From contig JABIKU010000002.1 of assembly GCA_018654845.1 (NCBI GenBank), positions 81,602 through 145,601 on the forward strand: a stretch of 64,000 bases of DNA, in the 5' to 3' direction. Of this stretch, positions 63,027 to 64,000 are shown piece after piece (the first letter of the stretch is position 1; the number at the start of each line of letters is the position of its first letter). The notes below the pieces were generated by a model. The model saw nothing but the letters and a program-made list of their open reading frames with translations, was not told the origin of the DNA and made no database searches. This stretch comes from Methanobacteriota archaeon (GTDB lineage: Archaea; Thermoplasmatota; Poseidoniia; Poseidoniales; Thalassarchaeaceae). Position numbers and translations under genes: made by a program.

Positions 63027-64000
63027 ATGGTTCTTTACACGCCGGGGCAAACAACCCAATATTCATCAAAAGACATCAAATCCGGTATTCAATTTCATTT
63101 TCTTGGTGGAGGTAATGAAGTTGGAAATGTTGGATGTGTTATTGAAGATTCAACTGGTACAAGATTGTTGATAGATTATGGATTAGCCCCAACCCGACCC
63201 CCCAAATATCCTGATGAATGTCCACCTGTTTCTGATGTGATTATTACCCATAGTCATATTGATCATATTGGAATGGCACCTTGGTTAACTCAACACCAAA
63301 ACATTCGAATTCATGGAACAAGTCTAACTGCAGATGTGTCTGAAATAATGTGGCGCGATACCTATAAAGTTTCAAGCATTGAAGGCTATCCATTAGCTTG
63401 GGATAAAAGAGATATGGAATATGCATTAGATTCTTGGTATCCACATGAGTATGGAGAATGGTTTGATGTTGGTGCATGGAAATGTCGTTTGCACAGAGCA
63501 GGACATTTACCAGGCGCAGCCATGGTTGAGATCAAAACACCAACTCAGACGATATTGTGGTCGGGGGATATTGATACCCGAGATAGCCCCAATTCATTTG
63601 GGGCCATACCAGTTGAATGTGATATTCTTTGTTTAGAGGGAACGTATGGGGGGAGAGAGCATCCTGATCGCCCCAAAGAAGAAGAAAAATTAGTCAAAAA
63701 AGTGATAGATATCGTCGAAAAAAGAGGGGTTGCCCTCATTCCTGCTTTCGCATCTGGTCGTGGCCAAGACATTCTTATGATATTACATCAACACGCACCC
63801 CATCTTAATGTCCATTTTGATGGAATGGGCACAAGAATTACTACACATTGGTTCAATAATCCTCAACACATTCGTGATCCAAATCGGTTACAAGAGATGT
63901 GGCGATGGGTTAAGCGTGTTTCTGGAAAATCAGATAGGAAAAAAGCACTTACTGCGGACGTGATAGTAACAACTAGTGGGATGCTTGATGGGGGGCCGGC
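63027..64000 (+). CDS. metallo-beta-lactamase fold, beta-CASP-type ribonuclease-like protein (3' end runs off the window)
   Basis: Absent from the track (no stop in window). Frame from ATG 63027 reads MVLYTPGQ...FHFLGGGNEVGNVGCVIED..LLIDYGL...VIITHSHIDHIGMAPW (HxHxDH)...HRAGHLPGAAM...LEGTYGGREHP...IPAFASGRGQDIL. Confidence 0.82.
   Translation, partial: MVLYTPGQTTQYSSKDIKSGIQFHFLGGGNEVGNVGCVIEDSTGTRLLIDYGLAPTRPPKYPDECPPVSDVIITHSHIDHIGMAPWLTQHQNIRIHGTSLTADVSEIMWRDTYKVSSIEGYPLAWDKRDMEYALDSWYPHEYGEWFDVGAWKCRLHRAGHLPGAAMVEIKTPTQTILWSGDIDTRDSPNSFGAIPVECDILCLEGTYGGREHPDRPKEEEKLVKKVIDIVEKRGVALIPAFASGRGQDILMILHQHAPHLNVHFDGMGTRITTHWFNNPQHIRDPNRLQEMWRWVKRVSGKSDRKKALTADVIVTTSGMLDGGP

Overview
This looks like an archaeal chromosome segment with about 60 protein genes and 2 tRNAs. 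I saw no rRNA, CRISPR array, transposase or integrase. Archaeal hallmarks are the thermosome, archaeal-type DnaG, prefoldin alpha, FtsY, ribosomal protein LX, GGGP synthase, deoxyhypusine synthase, archaeal phosphopantothenate synthetase and THEP1 NTPase. Shine-Dalgarno-like sites, secreted M28 peptidases and membrane-anchored calcium-binding repeat proteins fit a marine planktonic euryarchaeon such as Marine Group II/Poseidoniales; that assignment is inference only. Most genes are housekeeping: purN, purH, purL, purQ, pyrF, eno, nadC, gcvH and speH with deoxyhypusine synthase. The strongest candidate for an undescribed system is an ~8.4 kb accessory island at 51.85-60.2 kb, between pfdA-ftsY and the LX ribosomal protein gene. 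It encodes an APS kinase fused to an NMNAT-like nucleotidyltransferase domain, two PAPS-type sulfotransferases, a CysQ-type PAP phosphatase and a small membrane protein. It also encodes a 1244-aa glycine-rich, sequon-rich, membrane-anchored surface protein whose signal-peptide-coding 5' end is split over three reading frames. Together these suggest a self-contained surface sulfation module. Other points of interest: a gamma-class N6-adenine methyltransferase-like protein with RPPW in place of NPPW; a coupled ferredoxin, degenerate Rossmann protein and GGGP synthase cluster; a peptidoglycan-binding domain protein in an archaeon; and a large-type PurL that lacks the glutaminase domain. Gene calls rest on motifs read by eye, and no database search was possible.
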